Below, one piece after another: positions 20,334 through 30,779 of a stretch of DNA of 64,000 nucleotides (the first letter of the stretch is position 1; each line of letters starts with the position of its first letter). The position numbers were made by a program, and so were the translations under genes. The DNA comes from Candidatus Bathyarchaeota archaeon (GTDB lineage Archaea > Thermoproteota > Bathyarchaeia > 40CM-2-53-6): NCBI GenBank assembly GCA_963733055.1, contig CAVTBR010000001.1, forward strand, positions 768,001-832,000. The letters run 5' to 3'. The notes under the pieces are model-generated. The model was not told where the DNA came from. It ran no database searches and saw only the letters and a list, made by a program, of their open reading frames with translations.

Positions 20334-20630
20334 ATGTCTGCCGCCGAAGAACTTCGATCAGCCTCCGCAACGTTCTCGGCATTAGGAAATGGTGTCAGGC
20401 TCCGCATTCTGCTGATGCTCATGGACAGCAAGAAACCGCTACACATTACTGCAGTAGCCAGTAACTTGAAAATGGATTACGGAGGAGTGTACAGACACGT
20501 CGAAATACTCAGAAGGGCAGGCCTCCTTCAAGTTTACGAGGTCGGCAGATCCAGAGTTCTCTCTCCCCTAAACATTGAGCAAGTACGCGACTTCATAACA
20601 AAAGCTAAAGAGTTCAACAAACGCAGATAA
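20334..20630 (+). CDS. ArsR-family transcriptional regulator
   Basis: FSALGNGVRLRIL...VYRHVEILRRAGLL. Confidence 0.8.
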   Translation: MSAAEELRSASATFSALGNGVRLRILLMLMDSKKPLHITAVASNLKMDYGGVYRHVEILRRAGLLQVYEVGRSRVLSPLNIEQVRDFITKAKEFNKRR

Positions 20631-20732
20631 CAGCTTAGCTAACTCAACATAATAATATGTTCATTTCGTGAGATTGTCATAAAATAACAGTTAAGTAGTT
20701 GTGACTTTCTGTGCGCAGCGTTGGTGGTTTGA

Positions 20733-21422
20733 ATGGCGGAGAGTTTGTTTGCGAGGCGAAGCGTGAGTTTAACGGGGGCAGCAGTGATGGGTGCGCTCGC
20801 GGCTCTGATTACCGTCATACTCCCGGCTCGGATTCAACCGTCATTTCCAATATTGCCATTTCTAAGATTTGATCCGGCCGAGTTGTTCTCTGTCTTAGCC
20901 TTCCTTATCTTTGGCCCGATTCCCGCACTTGTAACTGCTACTGTTCATTGGATATTTCTCACGGCCACCGGAACTGATACTCCATTAGGTCCTGCGGTGA
21001 AGTTCGCTTCGGTGCTTTCGACGCTCCTCGGTTTGTGGTTAGGAAGCATAATGTACCGACGGCTAGCTGTGAACTATAATCGCATATCTTTCGCTCTTGG
21101 GACGATGCTTGCGTTTGCAATCATGGCTCGAGTCTTGATCCTTCTGGTAATCAACTACTTCGTTTTCACGTATGTCGGTCCAGTGATTTTTGGGATTGAC
21201 TATCTCGGTTTTAGTCAACAAACGCTCCAGGGCACGCTACACATGCAATTCGCAGGGCCATGGCAGGTTCTTACGACTATGTTGTTCTTTACGAGCGTCT
21301 TCAATGCTCTGCACGCAGTCTTCTCGGTGGCGGTGCCCTATGCAGTTTTCACGTCGCTTTACTCTAAGGTTCCCCAAATCGCTTCAGGTCATCCTTGGAT
21401 AAGCAGGTTTAGCAAGGCTTAG
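20733..21422 (+). CDS. ECF transporter S-component-like membrane protein
   Basis: PILPFLRFDPAE...LIFGP motif, several TM segments. Confidence 0.7.
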   Translation: MAESLFARRSVSLTGAAVMGALAALITVILPARIQPSFPILPFLRFDPAELFSVLAFLIFGPIPALVTATVHWIFLTATGTDTPLGPAVKFASVLSTLLGLWLGSIMYRRLAVNYNRISFALGTMLAFAIMARVLILLVINYFVFTYVGPVIFGIDYLGFSQQTLQGTLHMQFAGPWQVLTTMLFFTSVFNALHAVFSVAVPYAVFTSLYSKVPQIASGHPWISRFSKA

Positions 21423-21431
21423 CTGTCCCGA

Positions 21432-22370
21432 TTGGTTCGGCCATTGATCGTCGCATTAGCCGGAGGAGTTGGAGCTGCGAGATTTCTTGAAGGACTTATT
21501 CGAGTCGTGCCACAAAGACGTACCACAATAATCGGGAATGTTGGAGACGACATAGAATTCTACGGCCTTCATGTATCCCCTGACTTGGACATTGTCAGTT
21601 ACACTCTCGCCGGTTTGGTCGATCCAGTAAGAGGGTGGGGAATCAAAGGAGACACCTTCCACTGCCAAAAGCTGCTCCAAAGGTACGGTTACAAACCTTG
21701 GTTCAATATCGGTGATCGCGATCTGGCAACTCATCTCTACCGAACTGAACAAATGCGTAGAGGTAGAGAGCTGTCGGCCGTTACGGCGAGTATAGTTTCG
21801 CGTTTGGGGCTTGATGTGACTCTTCTTCCTTCAACTGACGATTTGCTTCAGACCTATGTTTCATCGGGCGGGAGTCGCATGCACTTTCAAGAATACATGG
21901 TCAGACTACAGACGAGGCCTAAGGTTAGGAGTGTTCTCTTCAAGGGTTCCGAGTCCGCTAGGCCTGGGCCCCATGTCATTCAGTCGATAAGTGAGGCAAG
22001 TGGGATCATAATTTGTCCGAGCAACCCTATCGTGAGCATAGGAGCCATTTTGGCCGTAAAGGGTATCCGCGCAGCACTTAGAAAGACAAAGGCGTCAATC
22101 GTAGGCGTCAGTCCAATTGTGGGCGGTAAGACTGTAAAAGGCCCGGCTGACAAATTGATGAAATCCTCGGGTATAGAGGCAAGCGCGTTCGGCGTGGCAA
22201 GTTGGTATAAGGACTTCTTAGATGTGTTAATCATTGACAAGGTTGACGCGCAGCTTGCGCCGGAAATAAGATCTCTCGGCATCAAACCGATCGTGGCTCA
22301 GACTCTCATGAAAACCATGGCAGACAAGGTTCACCTAGCACGGAAAGCGATAAGTGAATTCAGGCGTTGA
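21432..22370 (+). CDS. cofD: 2-phospho-L-lactate transferase (F420 biosynthesis)
   Basis: LAGGVGAARF, NVGDD, SPDLD, IGDRDLATH, PSNPIVSIG, KGPADK. Confidence 0.95.
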   Translation: MVRPLIVALAGGVGAARFLEGLIRVVPQRRTTIIGNVGDDIEFYGLHVSPDLDIVSYTLAGLVDPVRGWGIKGDTFHCQKLLQRYGYKPWFNIGDRDLATHLYRTEQMRRGRELSAVTASIVSRLGLDVTLLPSTDDLLQTYVSSGGSRMHFQEYMVRLQTRPKVRSVLFKGSESARPGPHVIQSISEASGIIICPSNPIVSIGAILAVKGIRAALRKTKASIVGVSPIVGGKTVKGPADKLMKSSGIEASAFGVASWYKDFLDVLIIDKVDAQLAPEIRSLGIKPIVAQTLMKTMADKVHLARKAISEFRR

Positions 22371-23035
22371 GAAACTATCGGGAAGGACTTGTCGAAGTCC
22401 ATGCGATCGTTCCCGTGAAGACGCTGACGCTGGCAAAGACTAGGTTAGCGCCTGTACTGGACCCTACGGAAAGGGCCCGATTTTCGGTTGCAATGTTGGT
22501 AGATGTTCTCGAAGCCTTGAGAAAAGTCAAGAAGCTTCATAGCGTAACTGTCGTTAGCGCCGATCGTTCTGTTAGGAAAATCGCATGGTTGCATGGTGCC
22601 ACGTTGCTGTGGGAGGGCAAGAGTCGTGGTTTGAATACGGCAGTTCGACTGGCTATTCGAGATTCGAAATTCAAAGGCGCATCAGCGGCACTGATAATGC
22701 CTGCCGACATTCCGTTAGTCACATCCCGTGAAATCCTCAACTTTCTCGACCATGCCGCAGGTTACGCCGTGGCGCTTAACCCTTCGAAGGATGGGACCGG
22801 GACAAATGCTCTACTAATGCATCCGCCCGGAATAATTCGGCCGGTCTTCGGAAGAAACAGTTTTCAGAAGCACTTGGCTCTCGCGAATCGGCAAGGTCTC
22901 CCGCGCCGAGTAATAAGGGCGGGAGGTATCAGCTTTGATATCGACGAACCGAAAGACCTGAAACGGCTCATGAACCAGCGCGTGCGTAACGAGACTGGTC
23001 GTTTTCTAAGTGAGATGAGTCACCGATCTCAATAG
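22367..23035 (+). CDS. cofC: 2-phospho-L-lactate/PEP guanylyltransferase (F420 biosynthesis)
   Basis: IVPVK...AKTRL, GLN, PADIP, GTGTNAL, DIDEPKDL. Confidence 0.93.
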   Translation: MRNYREGLVEVHAIVPVKTLTLAKTRLAPVLDPTERARFSVAMLVDVLEALRKVKKLHSVTVVSADRSVRKIAWLHGATLLWEGKSRGLNTAVRLAIRDSKFKGASAALIMPADIPLVTSREILNFLDHAAGYAVALNPSKDGTGTNALLMHPPGIIRPVFGRNSFQKHLALANRQGLPRRVIRAGGISFDIDEPKDLKRLMNQRVRNETGRFLSEMSHRSQ

Positions 23036-23095
23036 TTGGTAGAAAGGCAGATAGCACCACCATACAAAGCCTAATCGCATCGCGGTGAGGCATGG

Positions 23096-23989
23096 TTGAT
23101 CGAAATAACCTTCGGCTTCTTGGTACTCTGCTTCTTGGCCGCGGTGTTTGCGGGTTTCTTTGGGGGCCTTTTCGGGATCGGGGGCGGAGCCATCATCGTT
23201 CCATTTCTAACTGTGTACATGGGTGTGCCGATTCATCAAGCCATAGCGATAAGCCTCGTTGCAGTAATCGCGACCTCGAATGCCGGCGGGTCGTCATATC
23301 TGGAACAGAAGATCACGAACATCAAGCTCGCTATGTATCTGGAGGTCGCCACTACCATTGGGGCTCTAGTAGGTAGCGTTATCGCGTTGCTTCTTCAGAG
23401 CTGGATACTCTTTGCGATCTTCGGCATATTGTTGTGCTACGTAGCAATCTCTAACTTCAAGTCAAGAACACTGGAAGAGAGTAGGATTGCTAAGAATTCA
23501 TTTGCCAGCGTGAAACAGGATCGCATATCGAAATACCTCGGCCTCGCAGGCACCTATTATGACGCTTCACAGAAGAAGCGTGTAGACTACCAAGTCAATG
23601 GCTCCGCAGTTGGAGCTGCAGTCTCAAGCTTCGCCGGAGTCACAGCAGGGCTCCTCGGTGTCGGCGGTGGAATCATCAAAGTGGCAGCGATGAATCTCCT
23701 CATGAATGTGCCGTTGAAAGCCTCGGTTGCAACAAGCAAATTCATGATAGGCGTAACAGCCGCCGTCGGCGCGTTGATCTTCTTTGTTACAGGATTAGTG
23801 AACGTGTACGTCCTCGCACCTGTAGCGCTGGGAATCACGCTAGGCGCCACGTTTGGCACTTCGATTATGAACAGGATTCGTAGCTACGCTCTCAAGGTCG
23901 CGTTCGCCGTCTTAGTTACATACCTGGCGTACACCATGTTCGCGCAGGCACTCGCATCATTTGGAATCATCGTGCCGATGTTAGGGTGA
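23096..23989 (+). CDS. TauE/SafE-family membrane exporter
   Basis: Duplicated GLFGIGGG / GLLGVGGG motifs, ATSKFMIG. Confidence 0.88.
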   Translation: MIEITFGFLVLCFLAAVFAGFFGGLFGIGGGAIIVPFLTVYMGVPIHQAIAISLVAVIATSNAGGSSYLEQKITNIKLAMYLEVATTIGALVGSVIALLLQSWILFAIFGILLCYVAISNFKSRTLEESRIAKNSFASVKQDRISKYLGLAGTYYDASQKKRVDYQVNGSAVGAAVSSFAGVTAGLLGVGGGIIKVAAMNLLMNVPLKASVATSKFMIGVTAAVGALIFFVTGLVNVYVLAPVALGITLGATFGTSIMNRIRSYALKVAFAVLVTYLAYTMFAQALASFGIIVPMLG

Positions 23990-23995
23990 GCCGTC

Positions 23996-24358
23996 GTGGC
24001 GGATTTGAATAAGGCAATGTATACTGTCCTTGTTGTAGGAATGATTTCAAGTACAGCAATTTACATACTCGGGTTAATCCTGTTCATCTTACAGAACCCT
24101 AACCCGATGCAGGCGACGTTGGTAACATACGGTAGCGTGAACGATTTTCTTCAGCAAATAATCGCCTTGCGTGCTTCAGCAATTCTAATGGTTGGGACAA
24201 TCGTGTTGATCGCGACTCCCATTACGCGAGTTTTCCTGTCGGTCCTGGTCTTCGCCGCGAATCGTGATCGGAAGTTCGTTCTCGTTACGGGTTCCGTGAT
24301 GCTGATTATGATTGTCAGCCTCATTTTGGGTTACTTCTGGCACCTAAGTATAGGTTAA
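23996..24358 (+). CDS. DUF1634-like membrane protein
   Basis: LIATPITRV motif; follows the TauE gene. Confidence 0.75.
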   Translation: MADLNKAMYTVLVVGMISSTAIYILGLILFILQNPNPMQATLVTYGSVNDFLQQIIALRASAILMVGTIVLIATPITRVFLSVLVFAANRDRKFVLVTGSVMLIMIVSLILGYFWHLSIG

Positions 24359-24446
24359 TGAAATCAAGAAACCAGAGAGACTTCGGCGTAACAGTGAGGT
24401 ATTCAGGGCAAAGGAATTTAGAGGTCTATGGGTCCCGTTGAATGGG

Positions 24447-25805
24447 GTGTTTGATTTACAGAAACCAAAGGAGTCCCACGACAAGGTGCTGGAACTGCTA
24501 GAGCAGCACCATAAGTGGTTCTCCGAGTCGATACCATTGATCGCATCTGAGAACGTTCCCAGCCCGGCGGTGCGCGAAGCAATCGTTTCAGACTTCGCTA
24601 ATCGTTACGCGGAATAGACCTGGACATCTGTCAGATCTACGCAGGGATGGGTCGGGGAACGAGTATACGCCGGATGCGTATACATAGATCAAGTTGAACG
24701 AATCTGCATTGACCTAGCCAAAGATTTGTTCAAAGCGGAATTCGTCGATGTGAGGCCTGTCTCCGGAGTTTGTGCAAACCTAGTCGTGTACACTACTTTC
24801 ACGAATCCAGGTGATCGCATGTTGGCGATGGCCATACCCAACGGCGGACACATTTCCACTGGGAGAAAGGAGTTTAACGGAACCGCGGGCTCCGTTCATG
24901 GCCTTGACGTGGAGTATTTCGCGTTCGACAAGGAGGAGATGAATATTGACATTGACAAGACGAAGGAGAAGATACGGAAAATGGCTGAGGAGGAGCATAA
25001 GCCCCCGAAACTTGCGATGTTTGGTTGCAGCCTCTTCCTTTTCCCGCAACCCATTCGCGAACTCGCTGATACGTTGCATTCGGTTGGGGCAAAAATAGCG
25101 TACGATGCTGCACACGTTGCAGGCCTCATTGCGGGAGGACGTTTTCAGGATCCGCTGAGGGAAGGAGTCGACGCCGTATGCTTGAGTACCCACAAAACCC
25201 TCTTCGGACCTCAAGGTGGCGCCGTACTGTCGTTCGACAAATACGGAGATCAGATAAAGAAAGCGACATTTCCATCGAACACGAGTAACCACCACCTCCA
25301 TAATTTGGCCGGCAAGGCTGTCGCTTTTGCGGAGATGCTGGAATTCGGGAAGCAATACGTTGGACAGGTTATCGACAACGCGAAAGCTCTAGGCCAGGCA
25401 TTACATGAGGCGGGGTTCACTCTGCTGGGGGAGAGTAAGGGATTCACGGAATCGCACCAAATCGCAGTTGATGTAACGAAATTTACACTCGGAGGCGACG
25501 CCGAGAGGGCACTCGAAGCTGCTAACATCATCGTGAACCGTCAGCTACTCCCCGGCGACATCAAGGCCGGAAGGCACTATCAGAATCCGGGCGGCATACG
25601 CATCGGAACCTCGGAAATAACTCGGACAGGGATGGGGAAGAACGACATGAGTGAGGTCGCAAGCCTCATCAAAAGGGTAGTAATCAACAAGGAAGACCCA
25701 AAGAAGGTCAAACAGGACGTTGCTGAATTGCGTAAGAACTTCCAGGACGTCCACTACTGCTTCGAAAGCGCGAAGAATGCATACGAATACATCAAAATCC
25801 GATAA
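24447..25805 (+). CDS. glyA: Serine hydroxymethyltransferase, interrupted by a 30-nt insert at 24615-24644
   Basis: Part 1 IPLIASEN...SDFANRYAE; part 2 GWVGERVYAGC...YDAAHVAGLIAG...STHKTLFGPQG...GIRIGT; same frame; 442 aa once the insert is removed. Confidence 0.95.
24615..24644 (+). other. Candidate bulge-helix-bulge intron in glyA
   Basis: TAGACCTGGACATCTGTCAGATCTACGCAG; starts with an in-frame TAG; internal hairpin; junctions fall at BHB cut positions. Confidence 0.75.
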
Positions 25806-25884
25806 CCATCCGGTTCCTGATCCGATGAGAATGAAAGTTTAATTGGGCGTCGTCCAAAACCAGCAAGCAGGTATCTAGCAAGCA

Positions 25885-26064
25885 ATGTCAACCGCACGAG
25901 AGAAAAGGCGCAAACGAGAATCGCCAATGCCCGCCGCCAGCGCAGGCTTACTTCGGTTCTTCGAAGAGGAAACCCCGGGAGTAAAGGTAAGGCCCGAGGT
26001 CGTAGTCATGGGGTCAATCGGCCTTGTCGCCGTGAGCCTCTTCATGTATCTGACTTTCAAGTAG
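25885..26064 (+). CDS. secG: Preprotein translocase subunit Sec61-beta (59 aa)
   Basis: Manual translation ...MPAASAGLLRFFEEETPGVKVRPEVVV plus C-terminal TM. Confidence 0.9.
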   Translation: MSTAREKRRKRESPMPAASAGLLRFFEEETPGVKVRPEVVVMGSIGLVAVSLFMYLTFK

Positions 26065-27082
26065 CCCTTCGCGCGAAGTCGGCTAACTTCGTCTGCGCGA
26101 GTACAGGTAGCGGCCCAGCCTTAATGCCTAGCTTCCTTTCTATCTGGGCTGACAGCAGATCTATGTATCCTGTGAAGATGAACACTGCTTTCGGGTTGAC
26201 GGCCGCGATAAATTGCATGAGCTGATTATAGTCCGCGTGACTACTCAGAGGGAATGCAGTGAAACTGCGAAAAGCTTCGCGTAGGGCCCAACCGGTCGCA
26301 ACTGCTCTTGAGGCATTGTGCGGCACTTGGTTTCGTCGAGTGGTCGTGACGTAGACACATCCTCTCGATTTCAACGCGTGCTTTCCCTCATCGGTCGAAG
26401 AATCTAGATAGTCAAGTTGAACGCCGTTTTCATTGTGAACAAGGTTTGCTGCCGCTATCCCAGGCGCGCATACGACTGGGATTTTGGTGTAGATGTTGAA
26501 GAGGCGGACGATGTCTTGTGGTTTGCCGGATGAGTAGACTTGGAAAGTCGGTAACTTGCCGTCATTAATCTCCGTCATCGTCCATCGTATGATGTCCGCG
26601 TATATGGTGTCTCTTTTGGGGAAGACGTATGACGGATGCCCATAGGTCGCTTCTATAATCAGAAAATCGCAACGTTCAGCTTTGGCTGCTTTGGTAGTCA
26701 GTGTATCCACACAATTGATGTCGCCCGTATAGAGTGCTGTAAATTCGGGGGTGATCAATTGGAACTGACATGAACCAAGCATGTGACCGGCATCGAGGAC
26801 CCTGATTTCGGTGTCATCAAATTGCATTTTCTCACCGATCCGTATGGTCTGATCATTCTTGACCGTGCGTTTTGAAAGTGATTCGTAGATACGAAGGGTC
26901 TCGGGTGTGGAGTGTTTTTTCGCGGAAGTTCCAAAGCCATAGGTATGGTCTGAATGAGCGTGAGTGATGAAGACGTTCCAATCCTCGCCCAACCGCCTGC
27001 CTAGAGTCGGATCGAAAAGGAGGCGGGACGAGCCCGTAGTCATTATTATCCCATTGCTCCACCCGATCGGCTGTTCCTGCAA
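26057..27082 (-). CDS. Metallo-beta-lactamase/beta-CASP nuclease
   Basis: THAHSDH, AGHMLGS, YTGD, EATYG, LSSHAD. Confidence 0.88.
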   Translation of the reverse strand: MQEQPIGWSNGIIMTTGSSRLLFDPTLGRRLGEDWNVFITHAHSDHTYGFGTSAKKHSTPETLRIYESLSKRTVKNDQTIRIGEKMQFDDTEIRVLDAGHMLGSCQFQLITPEFTALYTGDINCVDTLTTKAAKAERCDFLIIEATYGHPSYVFPKRDTIYADIIRWTMTEINDGKLPTFQVYSSGKPQDIVRLFNIYTKIPVVCAPGIAAANLVHNENGVQLDYLDSSTDEGKHALKSRGCVYVTTTRRNQVPHNASRAVATGWALREAFRSFTAFPLSSHADYNQLMQFIAAVNPKAVFIFTGYIDLLSAQIERKLGIKAGPLPVLAQTKLADFARRAT

Positions 27083-27114
27083 GTTGATTGCCCCTCAGTT
27101 TTGTATCCAAGTTC

Positions 27115-27702
27115 TCAGTGTTGAGTTACCTCTTGCAACCCCGCATACTGGCCAAACTTAACTGTCCGTAGTTCTCGACTTGTCAACTTGCGCTTTCTAA
27201 CTCTCCGCGGGCTTGGTGACACGATCGCGCTGTTACCGAGGGGATCCTTGATGACAAGTGTGAATCGGGGTTTCGAATCGCGTGCAGTTCGCATTTTCCT
27301 CAGCATTGTCTCCCCCTTTCTCAAGCGTTTACCTTTCGCCGTGCTGAGCATGAATGTTAGGGCGTCTTCTATTTTCGTGAGGAGGCCTTCTACGTTTGAG
27401 ATGTAACCCTCGCTGTATGGTCCTGGCGTAATGGTCGCTCCGAATTCCGGGATGCTGATCGTTGCGGTCCCGGACTTGATTACCCGCATGTTCAGGTCGT
27501 CGAGAGAATTTATCTTCGCAGTCAAAGCTATGGCCTCATGATTAGCGAGCGAGATCACATCTGAGCGTCGATAGCCGCATCTTTGGCATATTGCTACACT
27601 TAGCAACACAGTCCCGAAATGCTCTACCTCATATTCTGTTTGGCTAGTGAGCACAGAGGAATTGTCGCAGCTGGGACATTGCTGCGCGTAGTTCGCATTC
27701 AT
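27115..27702 (-). CDS. ZPR1 zinc-finger protein
   Basis: CPSC...HFG...CQRCGYRRSD, IPEFG...PGPYSEGYISNVEG, DPLGNS. Confidence 0.9.
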   Translation of the reverse strand: MNANYAQQCPSCDNSSVLTSQTEYEVEHFGTVLLSVAICQRCGYRRSDVISLANHEAIALTAKINSLDDLNMRVIKSGTATISIPEFGATITPGPYSEGYISNVEGLLTKIEDALTFMLSTAKGKRLRKGETMLRKMRTARDSKPRFTLVIKDPLGNSAIVSPSPRRVRKRKLTSRELRTVKFGQYAGLQEVTQH

Positions 27703-27871
27703 TAACGAAGCCAATCGAGGTACATATTCGCTCCATATGAAGCTTGAAGGAAGTTGAATCATGTGAGTAGATTGGAGAAGAACGATTTAGAAGTCAAATG
27801 CCAAATGTTAAAATTAGGTTCTTGGGCTATCTTCCACACGTAACTAGTCGATTTCTCAGTGGGTGAATTGA

Positions 27872-29722
27872 TTGCAAAAGTTGGGCATTGCAAAGTTACA
27901 AGCGGTCGCTATAATTGTGGTCTTGATAGTCGCAGTCGTGGGCGTAGTCTACTACTATTCCGTGATCAACTCGCCGGGTACAACAACCGGTGCGTCAACT
28001 AGTCAACTGCCAACGTCAATGGTAGTCGAGGAGGAGAGCCAGCCCGATTCGATGGACCCCGCGGTTACCTACACCACGCCTGGATGGGAAATCGTTGAAC
28101 AAGTCTATCAAGCGTTGTTAGCGCCGGACGGCACTAGCTACACTACATACATCGGAGTTCTCGCTCAGAATTGGACGGTTTCATCTGACGGAATGACATA
28201 CACATTCCTTCTCAGACCGGGAGTGACCTTTAGCAACGGGGACCCATTCAACGCTTATGTCATGTGGTTCTCGATCTACAGGACTCTCCTCATGAATCAG
28301 GCACCTGCATTCATTCTTGGCCAAAATCTGGGTACGACCAACGGTGCGGGTTTCAACATAACCGACAGCGTGCTCAATTCGATAAATTACACTAACCCTT
28401 CGCCAAAAGACCTTACCTACTTGAGTTATGCTAACCAATCGGTTCAAGCCGTTTCACCCAATCAACTTGTAATACACCTCGGATACGGTTACAATGGTAA
28501 CGTACCGTATTCATCATTTCTCGCCACCCTGATTACACCAATGGCCATGGCTGTCGACCCCAACGTTGTGGAAGCGAATGGGGACGTGGTTGCAGGCCAG
28601 CCGAACAATTACATGGAAACTCACGCCTTAGGAACAAGCTTCTACGAGCTACAATCTTGGGTCCAAGGGCAAAGCGTCACCCTGGTCAAGAATCAGAATT
28701 ATTGGGGAGCGAATGTCCCAGCGTCTGACAGCAACTATGCAACCCAGCCAGCGATACTCAGCACGATCAGTTTCTACTACAAAGCCGCATCCGCAATGAT
28801 TGCGGACTTACAATCTAACACGGCTCAAATGATAATCGCGCCTTCAACCCAATACAATGTTCTGAAGCAGTCCACCGGAATTACCACGACGGTACTGCCC
28901 ACCATTTTCGGCTCGTCCGCAAGCGTCCTCGCCGTTTACATGGACAAGTACGCGTTTCCGCCATTTCAAGACGTGCGAGTTAGAGAAGCAGTTTCCTATG
29001 CGATTGATTACAAATCCATAATCCATTCGGCCTACAATGATTTGGCAACTCAATGGATTGGTCCCGTTCCCCCGGGATTTCCCGAGTACAACCAATCCGT
29101 AGCGGGATTACAACCTTACCAGTACGACCCAATCATGGCAGCGTCGTTGCTAGCGCAAGCCGGTTACAGATCCACCCTCCCCAACGGCACAACTCTCAAC
29201 CCCAGTGGGAAGGCCTTTCCCTCCGTTAACTTCCTATACGACGCCGACAATACGCCTCAAACTCAAACCGCACAAATCATAGCGTCCGAACTGCAGGCAG
29301 TCGGCATCACAGTCAACCTTAGCCCGCTCACATTCAAGCAGTATGCCAACGTAATTTACTCCACCACCGCAAACAGTACCGCCTACCCATTCGGCATAAG
29401 CTACTATAGCGAAGACTACACCGCCGCCATCGACTACGTGACCGACATAACCACATCTGGCCAAGTAGGTTTTTCCGGATTCACCAACGCGACTGTGGCT
29501 GGCTGGACCCTATCTGCAGCAACTGCCCCCGACGAACCGACGATAATTCGAAACTTCCAACAAATAACTCAAGCAATGTATTACGATTACACGGACGTCT
29601 GGTTGTTCGTGCCTTACTTCATTACCGCTAACAGGAGCAACATCGTTGGGATGATTCCGAACCCTGCCGGTTCGGGCATGAGCTACTTCATGTTTTACAA
29701 CGGCATACATTACAGCTCATAG
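27872..29722 (+). CDS. Peptide/nickel ABC transporter substrate-binding protein (family 5)
   Basis: N-terminal TM and S/T linker, DSMDPA, LAQNWTVSSDGMTYTFLLRPGVTFSNG, VREAVSYAID. Confidence 0.9.
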   Translation: MQKLGIAKLQAVAIIVVLIVAVVGVVYYYSVINSPGTTTGASTSQLPTSMVVEEESQPDSMDPAVTYTTPGWEIVEQVYQALLAPDGTSYTTYIGVLAQNWTVSSDGMTYTFLLRPGVTFSNGDPFNAYVMWFSIYRTLLMNQAPAFILGQNLGTTNGAGFNITDSVLNSINYTNPSPKDLTYLSYANQSVQAVSPNQLVIHLGYGYNGNVPYSSFLATLITPMAMAVDPNVVEANGDVVAGQPNNYMETHALGTSFYELQSWVQGQSVTLVKNQNYWGANVPASDSNYATQPAILSTISFYYKAASAMIADLQSNTAQMIIAPSTQYNVLKQSTGITTTVLPTIFGSSASVLAVYMDKYAFPPFQDVRVREAVSYAIDYKSIIHSAYNDLATQWIGPVPPGFPEYNQSVAGLQPYQYDPIMAASLLAQAGYRSTLPNGTTLNPSGKAFPSVNFLYDADNTPQTQTAQIIASELQAVGITVNLSPLTFKQYANVIYSTTANSTAYPFGISYYSEDYTAAIDYVTDITTSGQVGFSGFTNATVAGWTLSAATAPDEPTIIRNFQQITQAMYYDYTDVWLFVPYFITANRSNIVGMIPNPAGSGMSYFMFYNGIHYSS

Positions 29723-29735
29723 ATGACTGGTTCCG

Positions 29736-30779
29736 GTGTACTTCAAAGATTTTCTTCCTGTTCTTGGAAGAAGAATAGTAGGCTCCATACTCGTCTCCAT
29801 AGGAACAGTAACGATCATTTTCTTCATCTCGCACATACTCAACCCAGACCCAGCACGGCTATGGGCAGGACCGAGGGCCCGTCCGTCCACGATCCTAGCC
29901 GTGACAATGAGATATCACTTGAATGAGCCACTGTATTCGCAGTATTACTACTTCATGAGAGACCTATTTACCGGAAACTTCGGCATCGACCCATTAACGG
30001 GCCAAACGATTCTCTCTGAAATCCGATTCTACCTACCAAACACGCTTGAACTGGTGCTATGCTCGTTCATACTCCTCGTAATAGTTGGGGTAGTCTTAGG
30101 GTACTTCGCGGGAATGCACTTCAGCACTCTCGGGGATTCGGTTGCGAGAGTGATCTACCTAGTGTCTTGGTCGACGCCAATGTACTTGGCTGCCATCGTT
30201 GCCATCCTTATCTTCGCAAACTACATCCCGATATTTCCATCAGGCGGCATGTATTCATTATCCATCACGCCACCTCAACCCGTTACGGGCATATTCCTAA
30301 TCGACGCACTTCTTGGACTTAACATAGCCGCGTTCCTTTCGGGGCTTCAACATTTGATTCTTCCAGCCGCGGCTCTTGCTTTCGTGAATTTTGGTCTAAT
30401 CTCCAGAGCCGTTCGATCCTCCATTCTAAACGTCAGATGGTCAACGCACGTAAAGACTGCGCGAGCAAAAGGGTTGAGTGAAACCGATGTTAGGCGCAAA
30501 CACATCCTACGAAATGCTTTGATCGACGCCACAAGCCTTAGCGCTGTCATTTTCGGTTGGGTCTTAACCAGCACCTTAGTTGTTGAGGAGTTGTTCTCGT
30601 GGCCTGGTTTAGGACAATTCGCTTACCAGGCAATTTTCAGCAGCGATTATCCTGTCCTCATTCCAATCGTTGTAGTATTCACTCTCGGTGTAATTGTGGC
30701 TAACTTCGTCGCGGACGTAGCCTACTCACTTCTGGATCCTAGAATCGGAATCGGTGGTCACAACGGCGCAGTCATTTAA
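29736..30779 (+). CDS. Peptide ABC permease (DppB-like)
   Basis: LPNTLEL, HLILPA, TARAKGL, HILRNA. Confidence 0.92.
   Translation: MYFKDFLPVLGRRIVGSILVSIGTVTIIFFISHILNPDPARLWAGPRARPSTILAVTMRYHLNEPLYSQYYYFMRDLFTGNFGIDPLTGQTILSEIRFYLPNTLELVLCSFILLVIVGVVLGYFAGMHFSTLGDSVARVIYLVSWSTPMYLAAIVAILIFANYIPIFPSGGMYSLSITPPQPVTGIFLIDALLGLNIAAFLSGLQHLILPAAALAFVNFGLISRAVRSSILNVRWSTHVKTARAKGLSETDVRRKHILRNALIDATSLSAVIFGWVLTSTLVVEELFSWPGLGQFAYQAIFSSDYPVLIPIVVVFTLGVIVANFVADVAYSLLDPRIGIGGHNGAVI

Noticed and set aside
24612-24647. glyA TAG as pyrrolysine/readthrough or T4 gene 60-type ribosomal bypass
   Set aside because: Readthrough would put 10 residues inside the conserved YAEG motif; bypass needs matching take-off and landing codons, but these are GAA and CAG.
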